Shown here: positions 16,576 through 24,974 of the stretch, one piece after another
Layout of the letters: every line of letters starts with the position of its first letter
How positions within the stretch are numbered: the first letter of the stretch is position 1
The notes under the pieces: generated by a model
Told to the model about the DNA's origin: nothing
Seen by the model: only the letters and a program-made list of their open reading frames with translations
Database searches by the model: none
Source of the DNA: Candidatus Micrarchaeota archaeon
Lineage (GTDB): Archaea > Micrarchaeota > Micrarchaeia > Anstonellales > Bilamarchaeaceae
Direction: 5' to 3'
DNA: 26,005 nucleotides
Assembly (NCBI GenBank): GCA_041694885.1
Contig: JBGFRX010000009.1
Location: 1-26,005 of the forward strand
Made by a program: the position numbers and the translations under genes

Positions 16576-17739
16576 TTATTTTATAATGAAGGTGCCGGGA
16601 ATCATGCCCATCCAGCAGCTCCATCTCCACGTTCCTGCTGCAACTGGAGTGAATTCAAACGTGTTCTCGCCCAAATTCGGTTTGATGTGCAGTGTGTTCT
16701 CTTTCACCCACATGTTGTCTGGCAGCGTACCTTCTATCTTCATGTACTGTGCATAATTCGGGAATATCATCTCGTCTCCGCACGAGGATAGCTTCACGGC
16801 ATCTATTACCCAACGCACCTTTATTCCTTTCTGCAGGTTGAACGTGTCCGGAAACCAGTCCGCACCATTCACACTCATCCTTATCTCCTGCACCTGCCCG
16901 GATGATGAGGAATTTGTGAGTGTGCTTTCGTCAGCTGGCTGCGGAAACAGGTCTATGCCCTTTCCGAGCAGCGTGAGCCCCGTGTTAGCCATTATCAGGC
17001 CTAGTACGATCACCAGCGCTCCGGAGAATTTCATTATCTTGTGCACATGCTTGACGATGGCACTCAGGCCGAAGCCAAAAATCATCATCAGGGGAAGAGT
17101 TCCCAGGCCGAATGCGAAAAGCGCGAGAGCGCCGTTTACAGGGCTTCCTGTTCCTGCAGCGTAAATGTACATCGCCTGCAAAGGTCCGCATGCAAGGAAA
17201 AGGCCGTTCGCAAGCCCTATCCTGAACGGGCCTCCTTTCTGCATCTTCTCGAAATTCGCGAAAGAAGGGAAGCGCGGCTGCAGTTTTCTTAGGACAGGAA
17301 AGATGTTCAGCATATTCAATCCGTAGATTATCAGGAACACGCCTGCGAGCACGCCTATCGAGCCCCGCAATTCCGGGGTAAAGGAAATAACTGAGCCGAT
17401 TAAGCCGAAAACAGCGCCCATTAGGGTATAGGAAATGAGTTTTCCTGCGCCGTATTCAAGGTGGGATGATTTGTTCTCCTTGTTTTCAACGCCTTCTTTC
17501 GATGAATAGGCAACTACGAAGCTTCCGCACATGCCCAGGCAGTGCAATCCGGTAATAAGGCCAAGCGCAAAAAGCACTGGCAGGGCGATATCTACTGTGA
17601 GTGAAATGCCTTCGATGTTTTTCCCGTATGCGAAAAACACGTATGAAATCAGCAGTGCGCCCAAAAAGACAAAAAACAGCCCATAGGGGATTTTCCGCTC
17701 GTTTTCGTTTTCCGTTCCCTGAGATGGATTTTCGCTCAT
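16576..17739 (-). CDS. DsbD_2/TauE-like membrane protein with C-terminal cupredoxin-like domain
   Basis: GLHCLGMCG, ACGPLQAM, FGLGTLP; C-terminal FTP...G..WSCWMGM. Confidence 0.85.
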   Translation of the reverse strand: MSENPSQGTENENERKIPYGLFFVFLGALLISYVFFAYGKNIEGISLTVDIALPVLFALGLITGLHCLGMCGSFVVAYSSKEGVENKENKSSHLEYGAGKLISYTLMGAVFGLIGSVISFTPELRGSIGVLAGVFLIIYGLNMLNIFPVLRKLQPRFPSFANFEKMQKGGPFRIGLANGLFLACGPLQAMYIYAAGTGSPVNGALALFAFGLGTLPLMMIFGFGLSAIVKHVHKIMKFSGALVIVLGLIMANTGLTLLGKGIDLFPQPADESTLTNSSSSGQVQEIRMSVNGADWFPDTFNLQKGIKVRWVIDAVKLSSCGDEMIFPNYAQYMKIEGTLPDNMWVKENTLHIKPNLGENTFEFTPVAAGTWRWSCWMGMIPGTFIIK

Positions 17740-17751
17740 GCTCCAAACCCC

Positions 17752-18000
17752 TTATTCCAGGAAGCCGCCCTTCCTTTCCTCTTTTCTGACTTCCCCTCCA
17801 AAATCGTAGCCCACGCGTTCTATTGCTTTCTTCAGCCCCAATACGTCTATCTTTGCATCATCGTATATTATTTTGGTGGTCTCGCTCACATAGTTTGCCT
17901 TTGCCTCCATTACCCCCTCCACATTCATGAGCGCGTTTGAAATGGAGCGCTCGCACGATGGACACGTCATTCCCATCGTTATTATTGTAATTTCCTTCAT
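17752..18000 (-). CDS. Heavy-metal-associated (HMA) domain chaperone, CopZ-like
   Basis: GMTCPSC motif, AIERVGY; GAGGTGA RBS. Confidence 0.9.
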   Translation of the reverse strand: MKEITIITMGMTCPSCERSISNALMNVEGVMEAKANYVSETTKIIYDDAKIDVLGLKKAIERVGYDFGGEVRKEERKGGFLE

Positions 18001-18065
18001 CCTATCACCTCAGGATCGTTCACCATTTTGGCCTCATTATTTCCTTCACCCACATGAACACTGAA

Positions 18066-18189
18066 TTTTCAGGGGCTGAAACCATATATATTGATTTGTG
18101 CAACTTCGGTTTCAAAAAACGATACCATTTTTATAGGCACTTGAAACTGAGGTAAAAGTTTATAATTCCCCTGTCTCAAACCGCGAAAT
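18066..18189. promoter_or_regulatory. Divergent promoter region with repeated GTTTC-N7-GAAAC-like palindromes
   Basis: TTTTC-N7-GAAAC (18066-82), GTTTC-N7-GATAC (18109-25), half-site GAAAC (18143-47), GTCTC-N7-GAAAT (18173-89), interleaved with TATA-like boxes. Confidence 0.45.
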
Positions 18190-18264
18190 TACTGAGATGG
18201 GAAAATCTTAAGCGCTTACGAACGAAGAAATAATTATATAGGACCTAAGACCTCAATATTGTTC

Positions 18265-18759
18265 ATGAACTTTTCCAAAAATGCAAGAACAATGGGTGCT
18301 ATAGGGGCGGTGTTGCTGCTTGTTGCGGCAATCTATTCCATTCCAATTGCGCTGAAGACAATGGAGCCGGAGGTATGCACAGTGGAAGGCGAATGCCAGC
18401 ACGAGCTATTCGCGAACAACCTCATAGCAATTATGCCGCTCGTCCTTCTTCTGGGCATTGCAATGGGCGCAGGTGCTTATTATGTATTTTCCGAAAAGAA
18501 AGCTGCTGCGAAGCCAGTAAACAGGGAAGCATTATACAAACTTCTCGAGCCGGATGAAAGGAAAATATTCGTGAAAATTGTGGAGAGCGGTGGAAAGGCG
18601 CTCCAGTCCGAAATATCACGGCTGGAGGGAATAGGAAAAGTGAGGGCGCACCGCGCAATAGAAAAAATGGAGAAAAAAGGAATAATGGAAAAGGAAGAGC
18701 TGGGCAAAACTAATATCCTCAAGCTTCCGCGCGAACTCGGCGAGCTATTCTTTCAATAG
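18265..18759 (+). CDS. Membrane-anchored winged-helix (MarR-like) transcriptional regulator
   Basis: Two TM segments flanking CTVEGECQH; C-terminal LEPDERKI...QSEI...KVRAHRAIEKMEKKGI...GKTN wHTH; start uncertain (18265 or 18292). Confidence 0.82.
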   Translation: MNFSKNARTMGAIGAVLLLVAAIYSIPIALKTMEPEVCTVEGECQHELFANNLIAIMPLVLLLGIAMGAGAYYVFSEKKAAAKPVNREALYKLLEPDERKIFVKIVESGGKALQSEISRLEGIGKVRAHRAIEKMEKKGIMEKEELGKTNILKLPRELGELFFQ

Positions 18760-19182
18760 GGTTCTGAGTTCGAACACGTGCTCCTCCTCGTCCTGGATAA
18801 TGTGCCTCAGCTTGTGCTCGATATATTCATACTCATATTTCAATTCGCCTTTAGCACCTTTGAGCGCTTCGTAAATCCCCTTGTAATAGTCGATCGCGTC
18901 GCGCTCCCCCTTCAGGTTCACTTTTAGTATTTCCCCGGTTTCTTTGGCTGCGTGCGTCTCCGCAAGCATCATCGAGGGCTCGCCGTCTAAGATGGAGATG
19001 CACTGCCTGAACAGGCCTTCATGCTCCTCCTCGTCCCCTGCGATCTCCTTGAGCCGCGCCACTATGGGGTCGGTTTCAAGACCTTTCACAATCTCTGCGT
19101 GCGCAAGGTACTGTATCCTTGCCGCATGCTCGAGCTCGAGCGCCTTGTTCAGCATTGTGATGAGTTCTTCCTTCTTTTCCAT
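18745..19182 (-). CDS. Ferritin-like (bacterioferritin/rubrerythrin-type diiron) protein
   Basis: ALELE..A..QY, DEEEH, ERDAIDYY, DEEEH diiron pattern. Confidence 0.88.
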   Translation of the reverse strand: MEKKEELITMLNKALELEHAARIQYLAHAEIVKGLETDPIVARLKEIAGDEEEHEGLFRQCISILDGEPSMMLAETHAAKETGEILKVNLKGERDAIDYYKGIYEALKGAKGELKYEYEYIEHKLRHIIQDEEEHVFELRTLLKE

Positions 19183-19278
19183 GCAACCACCGAAAAAATT
19201 ACTCCTTATTATTTTATATGGTTTTCTATTCCATTTTCTTTCAAAATGATTGAGGAGTTTTCCGAAAATCCCGCGCGT

Positions 19279-20016
19279 TCATCCTTCGCCTAAGTAGAGT
19301 TTCAGAACAATCATCAACGCGAGACCGAACGCATACACCAGGAACGTCTTCAGCCGCTTCATCCCTTCGGTCTTGTGCATCTCTGGAACAAGGTCCGCTG
19401 CCACTATGTACAGAAAGCCGCCGGCCGCGAACGGAATGAGAATGGATACGAACGCGGCAGTCGCCTGCGAAAGGTAATAGCCGCCTATGCCGCCGAGCAC
19501 GCAGGTCGCCTGCGCAAGGAAGCTGTACAATATCGCCTTTTCCTTTTTTTGGCCGCCGTGCACGAGCGCGCCGAAAATTCCAAGCTCCTGCGGTGCCTCG
19601 TGAAGGATTATCATCGCGGTGGTAATGATGCCAAACGGTACGCTCACAAGGAAGCTCGCGGCTATCACGAACCCGTCTATTATGTTGTGCAGCGCGTCGC
19701 CTATGGGCATAAGGTAGGAAAAGGGATGGACGTCGCATCCCTTGCAGAAATGCCAGTGAAGGTATGTCTCAAGAAGCTGGAACACGAGGAAGCCGAGAAT
19801 CGCGAATGCGAAAACCGGCAGCGCTGCGCTCTTTTCGAGCGCCTCAGGAAGAAGATGTAAAAATGCACCGCCCAAAAGCGCGCCTGCCGAGAACGCCATG
19901 AGGTACAAGCTCAGTCGTTTTAGGGCATTTTCCCTTATCCAGAGCGAAAATATCCCTATCAGGCCAACCAAACTGTTCACGACAGTGGCGAGGATTATCC
20001 ACAAGAGCGTTTCCAT
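19279..20016 (-). CDS. ZIP family divalent metal transporter
   Basis: FSAGALLGGAFLHLLPEA, GDALHNIIDG, HEAPQELG, AAGGFLYI..DLVPE; HWH/CxxC/H loop. Confidence 0.93.
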   Translation of the reverse strand: METLLWIILATVVNSLVGLIGIFSLWIRENALKRLSLYLMAFSAGALLGGAFLHLLPEALEKSAALPVFAFAILGFLVFQLLETYLHWHFCKGCDVHPFSYLMPIGDALHNIIDGFVIAASFLVSVPFGIITTAMIILHEAPQELGIFGALVHGGQKKEKAILYSFLAQATCVLGGIGGYYLSQATAAFVSILIPFAAGGFLYIVAADLVPEMHKTEGMKRLKTFLVYAFGLALMIVLKLYLGEG

Positions 20017-20087
20017 AAGTCCCTTTCCTCCTTATCGTTTTAAATCATTTGGGAATCGGGCAGTGGGTGCGAGCAGTTTGACATCCT

Positions 20088-20954
20088 TTACAGCTGCAAG
20101 GCAAGGCCATCTTCCGCAACCACTGTATTCTGAAATATCTCCCTCGCCTCCTTCAAAAGTTCAGCTGTGTCATTGTACCTTCCGCTCATGTGCGTGAGAA
20201 CCAATTGCTTCGCTCCGGCCTCCTTCGCTATTTTCGCCGCCTGCTCTGCTGTGCTGTGGTTCCTTTCCTTCGCCTCCTTCCCGAATTCCCTGGCGAACGT
20301 CGCCTCGTGTATCAGAATATCCGCATCTTTCGCCGCATCTACGGTGCTTTTTGAGGGAAGGCAATCGCCTGCATAGACGATTTTCCTCCCTTTTTTGGTC
20401 CACGTAACGTCGTCGAGGTTTATTTTCTTCCGCCCAACCATTACATGCCCCTTTTCCTGTATTTCACGGAAGAGGACGCCCTTCAGCCCCAATTTGTGCG
20501 CCTTTTCCTCGTAGAATTTGAGCCGGTCGTGCTCCTTGTAAACGAATCCGAAACTCTCGCGGTCGTGCTTCACCCGAAAAGCGGAAATGGCTGCCTCAGA
20601 GTCCCTCAGCAACTCACCTGCCTTTATCTCCTGCAAATCCAGGAAGTCCCATTTGTTTATGAGCGCGCCCTGGAAGCCCTTCGGAGCGAATATAGTGAGC
20701 TTTTGTGCAAATGAACTTGAGAGACGGAGCGTTTCCATAAGCCCGAAAATCCCGAGAAAATGGTCCAGATGGAGATGGGAAATGAAAATTGCCTTGACGC
20801 TGCCGAATCCTATTTTGTATTTCATCATCTGCCTTTGTGCACCCTCCCCGCAGTCGAAGAGATACAGCTCTTTCCCTCTTAGGGCAATGGATGGAAGAGA
20901 ACGATCTACCGTTGGAATAGACGCGGAAGTCCCGAGAAAAGTCACTTTGAGCAT
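20088..20954 (-). CDS. rnz: Ribonuclease Z
   Basis: FLGTSASIP, FDCGEG, SHLHLDH, exosite, GD, HEATF, HST, LTHMSGRY. Confidence 0.96.
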   Translation of the reverse strand: MLKVTFLGTSASIPTVDRSLPSIALRGKELYLFDCGEGAQRQMMKYKIGFGSVKAIFISHLHLDHFLGIFGLMETLRLSSSFAQKLTIFAPKGFQGALINKWDFLDLQEIKAGELLRDSEAAISAFRVKHDRESFGFVYKEHDRLKFYEEKAHKLGLKGVLFREIQEKGHVMVGRKKINLDDVTWTKKGRKIVYAGDCLPSKSTVDAAKDADILIHEATFAREFGKEAKERNHSTAEQAAKIAKEAGAKQLVLTHMSGRYNDTAELLKEAREIFQNTVVAEDGLALQL

Positions 20955-21133
20955 AATGATGATTGGCTCCGCAAATTTATAAAATTGCACGAATAGACGG
21001 CAAAATTCAGAGCTCAAGACAGAAAAGTCGAAATATGAAACCGCAGATACAGATGTGTTTCGGATTACTGGATGAAGCCCTTCGTGCTGCTAACTTTTTA
21101 AACGTTCGTTGCGTCGTATGGGGCGGTGAGTTT

Positions 21134-22618
21134 ATGCAAATTTCCTATGGCAGTTCGGACCTGACTGACTACTCGGATTTTGGAGTTGGATTTGTTTTCG
21201 ATGATGCGCTGGAAATAAAATTGAGTGCGAAGGCGAAAGCGAGGTATGAAGCGCAGTGCAAAAGCAAAGCGTTCGAAGGCAAATTGATGCAGACGGTGCA
21301 GTTGCAGGAGGATGGAAGAACCGCGCTGATCATCGGACTCGGGAAGAAAGACGAATTCGACCTGGAATGGCTGAGAAGAGGGGCTGCGTCCGCTTACAAA
21401 ATTACCGAAGGAATGAAGGCGGGAAAACTGGAAATCGTATTGCCAAAAATTACCGCAAACGAAAAGGAGTGCTCTCAGGCGGTTACGGAGGGCGCGCTCA
21501 TTGCTTCATACAAATTGGACAAATACAAGAGCGGGGACGGGAAGAAAAAGGATGAACGCGAAATCGAAATTTTTGTGTGCGGAAAAAGCGAAAGGGAAAT
21601 TTCAGAAGGAATAAGTTTGGGAAAAATAATGGCCGGGGCGCAGAACTACGTGCGTGAATTGGACGAAAAGCCTGCAAACGTAATAAGCCCTGGGACTTTT
21701 GCGGAGGAGGCGAAAACGATTGCGAAGCAGTATGGAATGCGGATTGAGGTTTTGGAAAGAAAGGACCTGGAGAAGAAGGGGATGAACGGAATACTTGCAG
21801 TAGGGAAGGGGAGCGCGAACGAGCCGATGATGGTTAGCGTGGAATACGACGGAACGCGAAACCGAAAACCAGGAACAGGTGCTGCGCCCCTTTACGCAGC
21901 AGTGGGAAAGGGGATAACCTTCGATTCAGGGGGCATATCAATAAAACCCTCGAAGAACATGCACGAAATGAAATATGACAAAAGCGGGGCGTGCATAGTG
22001 CTAGGGGTCCTGAAGGCAGCTGCGGAATTGAAATTGCCCGTGCGCATACTCGGAGTTATGCCCCTTGCCGAGAATAAGCCGAGCGGGACAGCGAGCAATC
22101 CGGGCGACATAATCAAAATGTACAATGGGAAGACGGTTGAAATACTGAATACCGATGCGGAGGGGCGGCTCATCTTGGGCGATGCGCTCGCGTATGCAGC
22201 GGAGAAGAAGCCGACTGCGATCCTGGATGTCGCAACGCTCACTGGCGCGATAATCGTTTCGCTCGGAAGGCACGCGATAGGGCTCTTTTCAAACGACGCG
22301 AAACTCGGGGAAAAGATCAGGACTGCTGGCAACAAGACGTTTGAAAGGGTTTGGGAATTCCCGATCTGGAAGGAATACAGCGAAATGATAAAGGGCGACT
22401 TCGCGGATATAAAGAATATAGGCACAGAAGGAGAGGCGGGAAGCATAACTGCAGCGGCATTCCTGAAGGAATTTGTCGGAGAGGCGAAATGGGCGCACCT
22501 GGATATTGCCGGAGTGGACAATGTGGTTGGGAAGCATCCGCTGATTGATAAGGGAGCAACTGGGACAGGAGTGCGGCTTATGGTGCAGTCCCTGGTTGAA
22601 TTGCAAAATGCGGAATAA
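21134..22618 (+). CDS. pepA: Leucyl aminopeptidase (peptidase M17)
   Basis: VGKGITFDSGG, MKYDKSG, NTDAEGRL, ATLTGA, WAHLDIAG; GGTGA RBS before ATG at 21134. Confidence 0.96.
   Translation: MQISYGSSDLTDYSDFGVGFVFDDALEIKLSAKAKARYEAQCKSKAFEGKLMQTVQLQEDGRTALIIGLGKKDEFDLEWLRRGAASAYKITEGMKAGKLEIVLPKITANEKECSQAVTEGALIASYKLDKYKSGDGKKKDEREIEIFVCGKSEREISEGISLGKIMAGAQNYVRELDEKPANVISPGTFAEEAKTIAKQYGMRIEVLERKDLEKKGMNGILAVGKGSANEPMMVSVEYDGTRNRKPGTGAAPLYAAVGKGITFDSGGISIKPSKNMHEMKYDKSGACIVLGVLKAAAELKLPVRILGVMPLAENKPSGTASNPGDIIKMYNGKTVEILNTDAEGRLILGDALAYAAEKKPTAILDVATLTGAIIVSLGRHAIGLFSNDAKLGEKIRTAGNKTFERVWEFPIWKEYSEMIKGDFADIKNIGTEGEAGSITAAAFLKEFVGEAKWAHLDIAGVDNVVGKHPLIDKGATGTGVRLMVQSLVELQNAE
21853..21879 (+). 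repeat. In-frame heptamer array inside pepA
   Basis: AACGCGA AACCGAA AACCAGG AACAGG, nearly identical to the 3' arm of the tRNA-Gln intron. Confidence 0.65.
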
Positions 22619-22658
22619 TAAAGCGGAATAAAAAGAAGAAGAGAAAAAGAAAAAAAAT

Positions 22659-23024
22659 TTACTGCGGTTTTGCCTTCGGCTTCGATTTGACTATTTTCAC
22701 TTTCGAAGGCGTGAGGAGTATCATTTCCGGCGTGAGCAGGGCAATGTCGCCATCCGTTTTCCCGGAATACGACTTCAATTTTCCTATGATGGTCTTGAGC
22801 CGGTTGGGCTGCTTGGAAAGCGGAAGCACGTTCAGGATTATTATGTTCCTCTCGCTGAGTTCCCTTGCAGCCAAATCCGCATCCCCCTCGTTCCTCAAGT
22901 CGATCCTTTTCACGTAGAAGTCCGCCGGCGGGTTTACGACATCGCCTTCGACTTCGAGCATGTCCTCTATATTCGTTGTTTCGGTCGTTTCCCCTTTTCC
23001 CAAAATTCTGTCCAAAATTCCCAT
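22659..23024 (-). CDS. sepF: Cell division protein SepF
   Basis: MGILDRILG amphipathic N-terminus, NIIILNV, GDIALL, ILLTPSKVKI. Confidence 0.88.
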   Translation of the reverse strand: MGILDRILGKGETTETTNIEDMLEVEGDVVNPPADFYVKRIDLRNEGDADLAARELSERNIIILNVLPLSKQPNRLKTIIGKLKSYSGKTDGDIALLTPEMILLTPSKVKIVKSKPKAKPQ

Positions 23025-23171
23025 TTTTTCACCTGAAAATCGCCTAAATCCCGCGAATGTACACGAGGGAATAAATAGGCATTTCAATTAATAAATCTTT
23101 CCCCGAGCGAACGCGAACGTCGGTAACGCGCATTTCGTGCGAAGATTATAAAATCTATACGAGCTTATTTA

Positions 23172-23195
23172 CCTCCCTTCATTTCTATTGGAAAT
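23172..23195 (-). promoter_or_regulatory. ORB-like Orc1/Cdc6 binding site with G-string (candidate replication origin element)
   Basis: Minus strand ATTTCCAATAGAAATGAAGGGAGG resembles the archaeal ORB (TTCCA-N3-GAAA...GGGG); about 60 nt upstream of cdc6. Confidence 0.6.
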
Positions 23196-23252
23196 TCTAT
23201 CTAATTTCCAATGCGCACAAAATTTATGAAAATTTGTGCTCAGGTGGGCCGG

Positions 23253-24434
23253 ATGGAAAATCAGCACAACATATTTCTGGACAGGAACGTTCTTTCTCCG
23301 CACTACGTGCCAGGCGAGCTCCCATTCAGGGAGAAGGAGATGGACGAGATAGAGCGCACGATATTCCCTGCGGTAAAAGGCCAGAAGCCGAGGAATCTTT
23401 TCATATACGGAAAAACCGGGACCGGGAAGACGTGCAGCGTACGAAGGGTTGTGGAAAAATTGGGCGCGAACGCAGGCAGTGCAGTAATGACTTACGTGAA
23501 CTGCAGGATATACAACTCGAGATACAGGATAATGCAGAAGATACTCAGGCAATTCGTTCCTGAGCTCGAGAAAAGCGGGTTCGGGCTCCCTTTCCTCTAC
23601 GAGAAGATGATAGAGGCGATGAACGGGGGAAGGCAGATGCTCGTGGTGCTCGATGAAGTGGACATGGTGAAGGATTTGGACGAGCTGGTTTATACGCTCA
23701 CGCGCTCGAACGATGAGGCGAAGGCAGGAGGCGTTTCCATGATAGGGATTTCAAACAAACTGTCGTTCAAGAACGAACTGGATGCGAGGAGCAGGAGCTC
23801 GCTCTACGAAAGCGAGATGATTTTCGCTCCTTACACTGCGCCGCAGCTCAAGCGCATATTGGAGCAGAGGGCGCGACTCGGCATCGCTTCCGGGGCTGTG
23901 GACGAATCAGCTGTGAATCTCGCTTCTGCGATAGCTGCGCAGGAGACCGGGGATGCCCGCTACGCGCTCAAATTGTTCGAAAAAGCAGCGGAGATAGCCG
24001 AGGTCGGAAGGAAGGAAAGAATAACTGACAGCGAGGTGGAGGCGGCTCGGAAGAAAGTGGATATAGACCTTGCGGGGGAGACAATAGGCACGCTTCCTGA
24101 GAACCACCAGTTCGTGCTTTATGCGATCGCGCGGCTCACTTTGCGCGGAAGCAGGTATTCCAAGCTCGAGTTCGAGAGTGAAAGCGGCTTCCTGATTTCC
24201 GGAGAGGTTTACGAGGAATACGAACGAGTGGCAAGAGAAGCTGGAAAAAGGGCAAGGAGCTCGCGCTGGTACAAGGAATACCTTTCGGATCTGGAGACGC
24301 TCGGGCTGATAACGCTCACGATGAGTGGAAGGGGGATAAGGGGGCACACCACGCTCATAAAGCTCGGATACGACGCAAAGGACATGGCTGCGCTGCTCTG
24401 GAAGCGTTTTGGGGCTGAGCCGCGCACTGCTTAG
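23253..24434 (+). CDS. cdc6: Orc1/Cdc6 replication initiator
   Basis: LSPHYVP..LPFRE, Walker A GKTGTGKT, YVNC, Walker B VLDEVD, GDARYAL, C-terminal winged helix with GRGIRG. Confidence 0.96.
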   Translation: MENQHNIFLDRNVLSPHYVPGELPFREKEMDEIERTIFPAVKGQKPRNLFIYGKTGTGKTCSVRRVVEKLGANAGSAVMTYVNCRIYNSRYRIMQKILRQFVPELEKSGFGLPFLYEKMIEAMNGGRQMLVVLDEVDMVKDLDELVYTLTRSNDEAKAGGVSMIGISNKLSFKNELDARSRSSLYESEMIFAPYTAPQLKRILEQRARLGIASGAVDESAVNLASAIAAQETGDARYALKLFEKAAEIAEVGRKERITDSEVEAARKKVDIDLAGETIGTLPENHQFVLYAIARLTLRGSRYSKLEFESESGFLISGEVYEEYERVAREAGKRARSSRWYKEYLSDLETLGLITLTMSGRGIRGHTTLIKLGYDAKDMAALLWKRFGAEPRTA

Positions 24435-24443
24435 AGGAAGAAG

Positions 24444-24974
24444 ATGGACGAAACCGATTTCATTTTTCAGTTGGGGCAATTGAAGCGCACTCCCCGGAGC
24501 GGATGGTTGTCCATAGGGATAAAGGACTGCGAAAGCGTTGCGGAGCATTCCTTCAGGAGCGCGCTCATTGCCTATCTGATTGCGAAGGAGGAGGGTTTGA
24601 AGGATGAAGAGGCGAAGGATGCGATGCTGCTCGCGCTTCTTCACGATGTGCATGAGACACGAATTGGGGATTTGCACAAACTTTCCAGGAAGTACCTAAA
24701 AATTGATGAGAAAGGGGCGATGAGGGAAAGCCTGGGCCGGCTCGGGGCTTTGTTCAAAAACAAAGCACGAAACTTCAAACTCGAAATAATGGTGAAAGAC
24801 GCGGACTTGCTTGAAATGTTCTTCCAGGCAAAGGAGTACGCAGACGAGGGGAACAGGTACGCCGGGGAGTGGCTTGTCCCGCAAAAGTTAAAAACAAAAA
24901 GCGCGAAGCGGCTTTGCAAAAAGATGCTAAAGAGGGATTCGCGTGCATGGATTCTCGGGGCAGTAAAATGGTAA
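24444..24974 (+). CDS. HD-domain hydrolase (5'-deoxynucleotidase, YfbR/HDDC2-like)
   Basis: LKRTPRSGW, ESVAEHS, LHDVHETRIGD, VKDADLLE. Confidence 0.9.
   Translation: MDETDFIFQLGQLKRTPRSGWLSIGIKDCESVAEHSFRSALIAYLIAKEEGLKDEEAKDAMLLALLHDVHETRIGDLHKLSRKYLKIDEKGAMRESLGRLGALFKNKARNFKLEIMVKDADLLEMFFQAKEYADEGNRYAGEWLVPQKLKTKSAKRLCKKMLKRDSRAWILGAVKW

Noticed and set aside
17997..18026. Tiny upstream ORF MVNDPEVIG resembling a YHS/TRASH start
   Set aside because: Only 9 codons, lacks the CGM motif and is largely explained by the RBS of the HMA gene.
20963..21133. Long N-terminal extensions in the ORF track for pepA (also rnz, pilin, sepF, cdc6, lipoprotein)
   Set aside because: Downstream ATGs fit the family starts and usually have an RBS or promoter; the extensions overlap neighbours or promoters.
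22619..22658. A-rich tract between convergent pepA and sepF (similarly 6140-6174 after ftsZ)
   Set aside because: Explained as ordinary oligo-T terminators on the minus strand.
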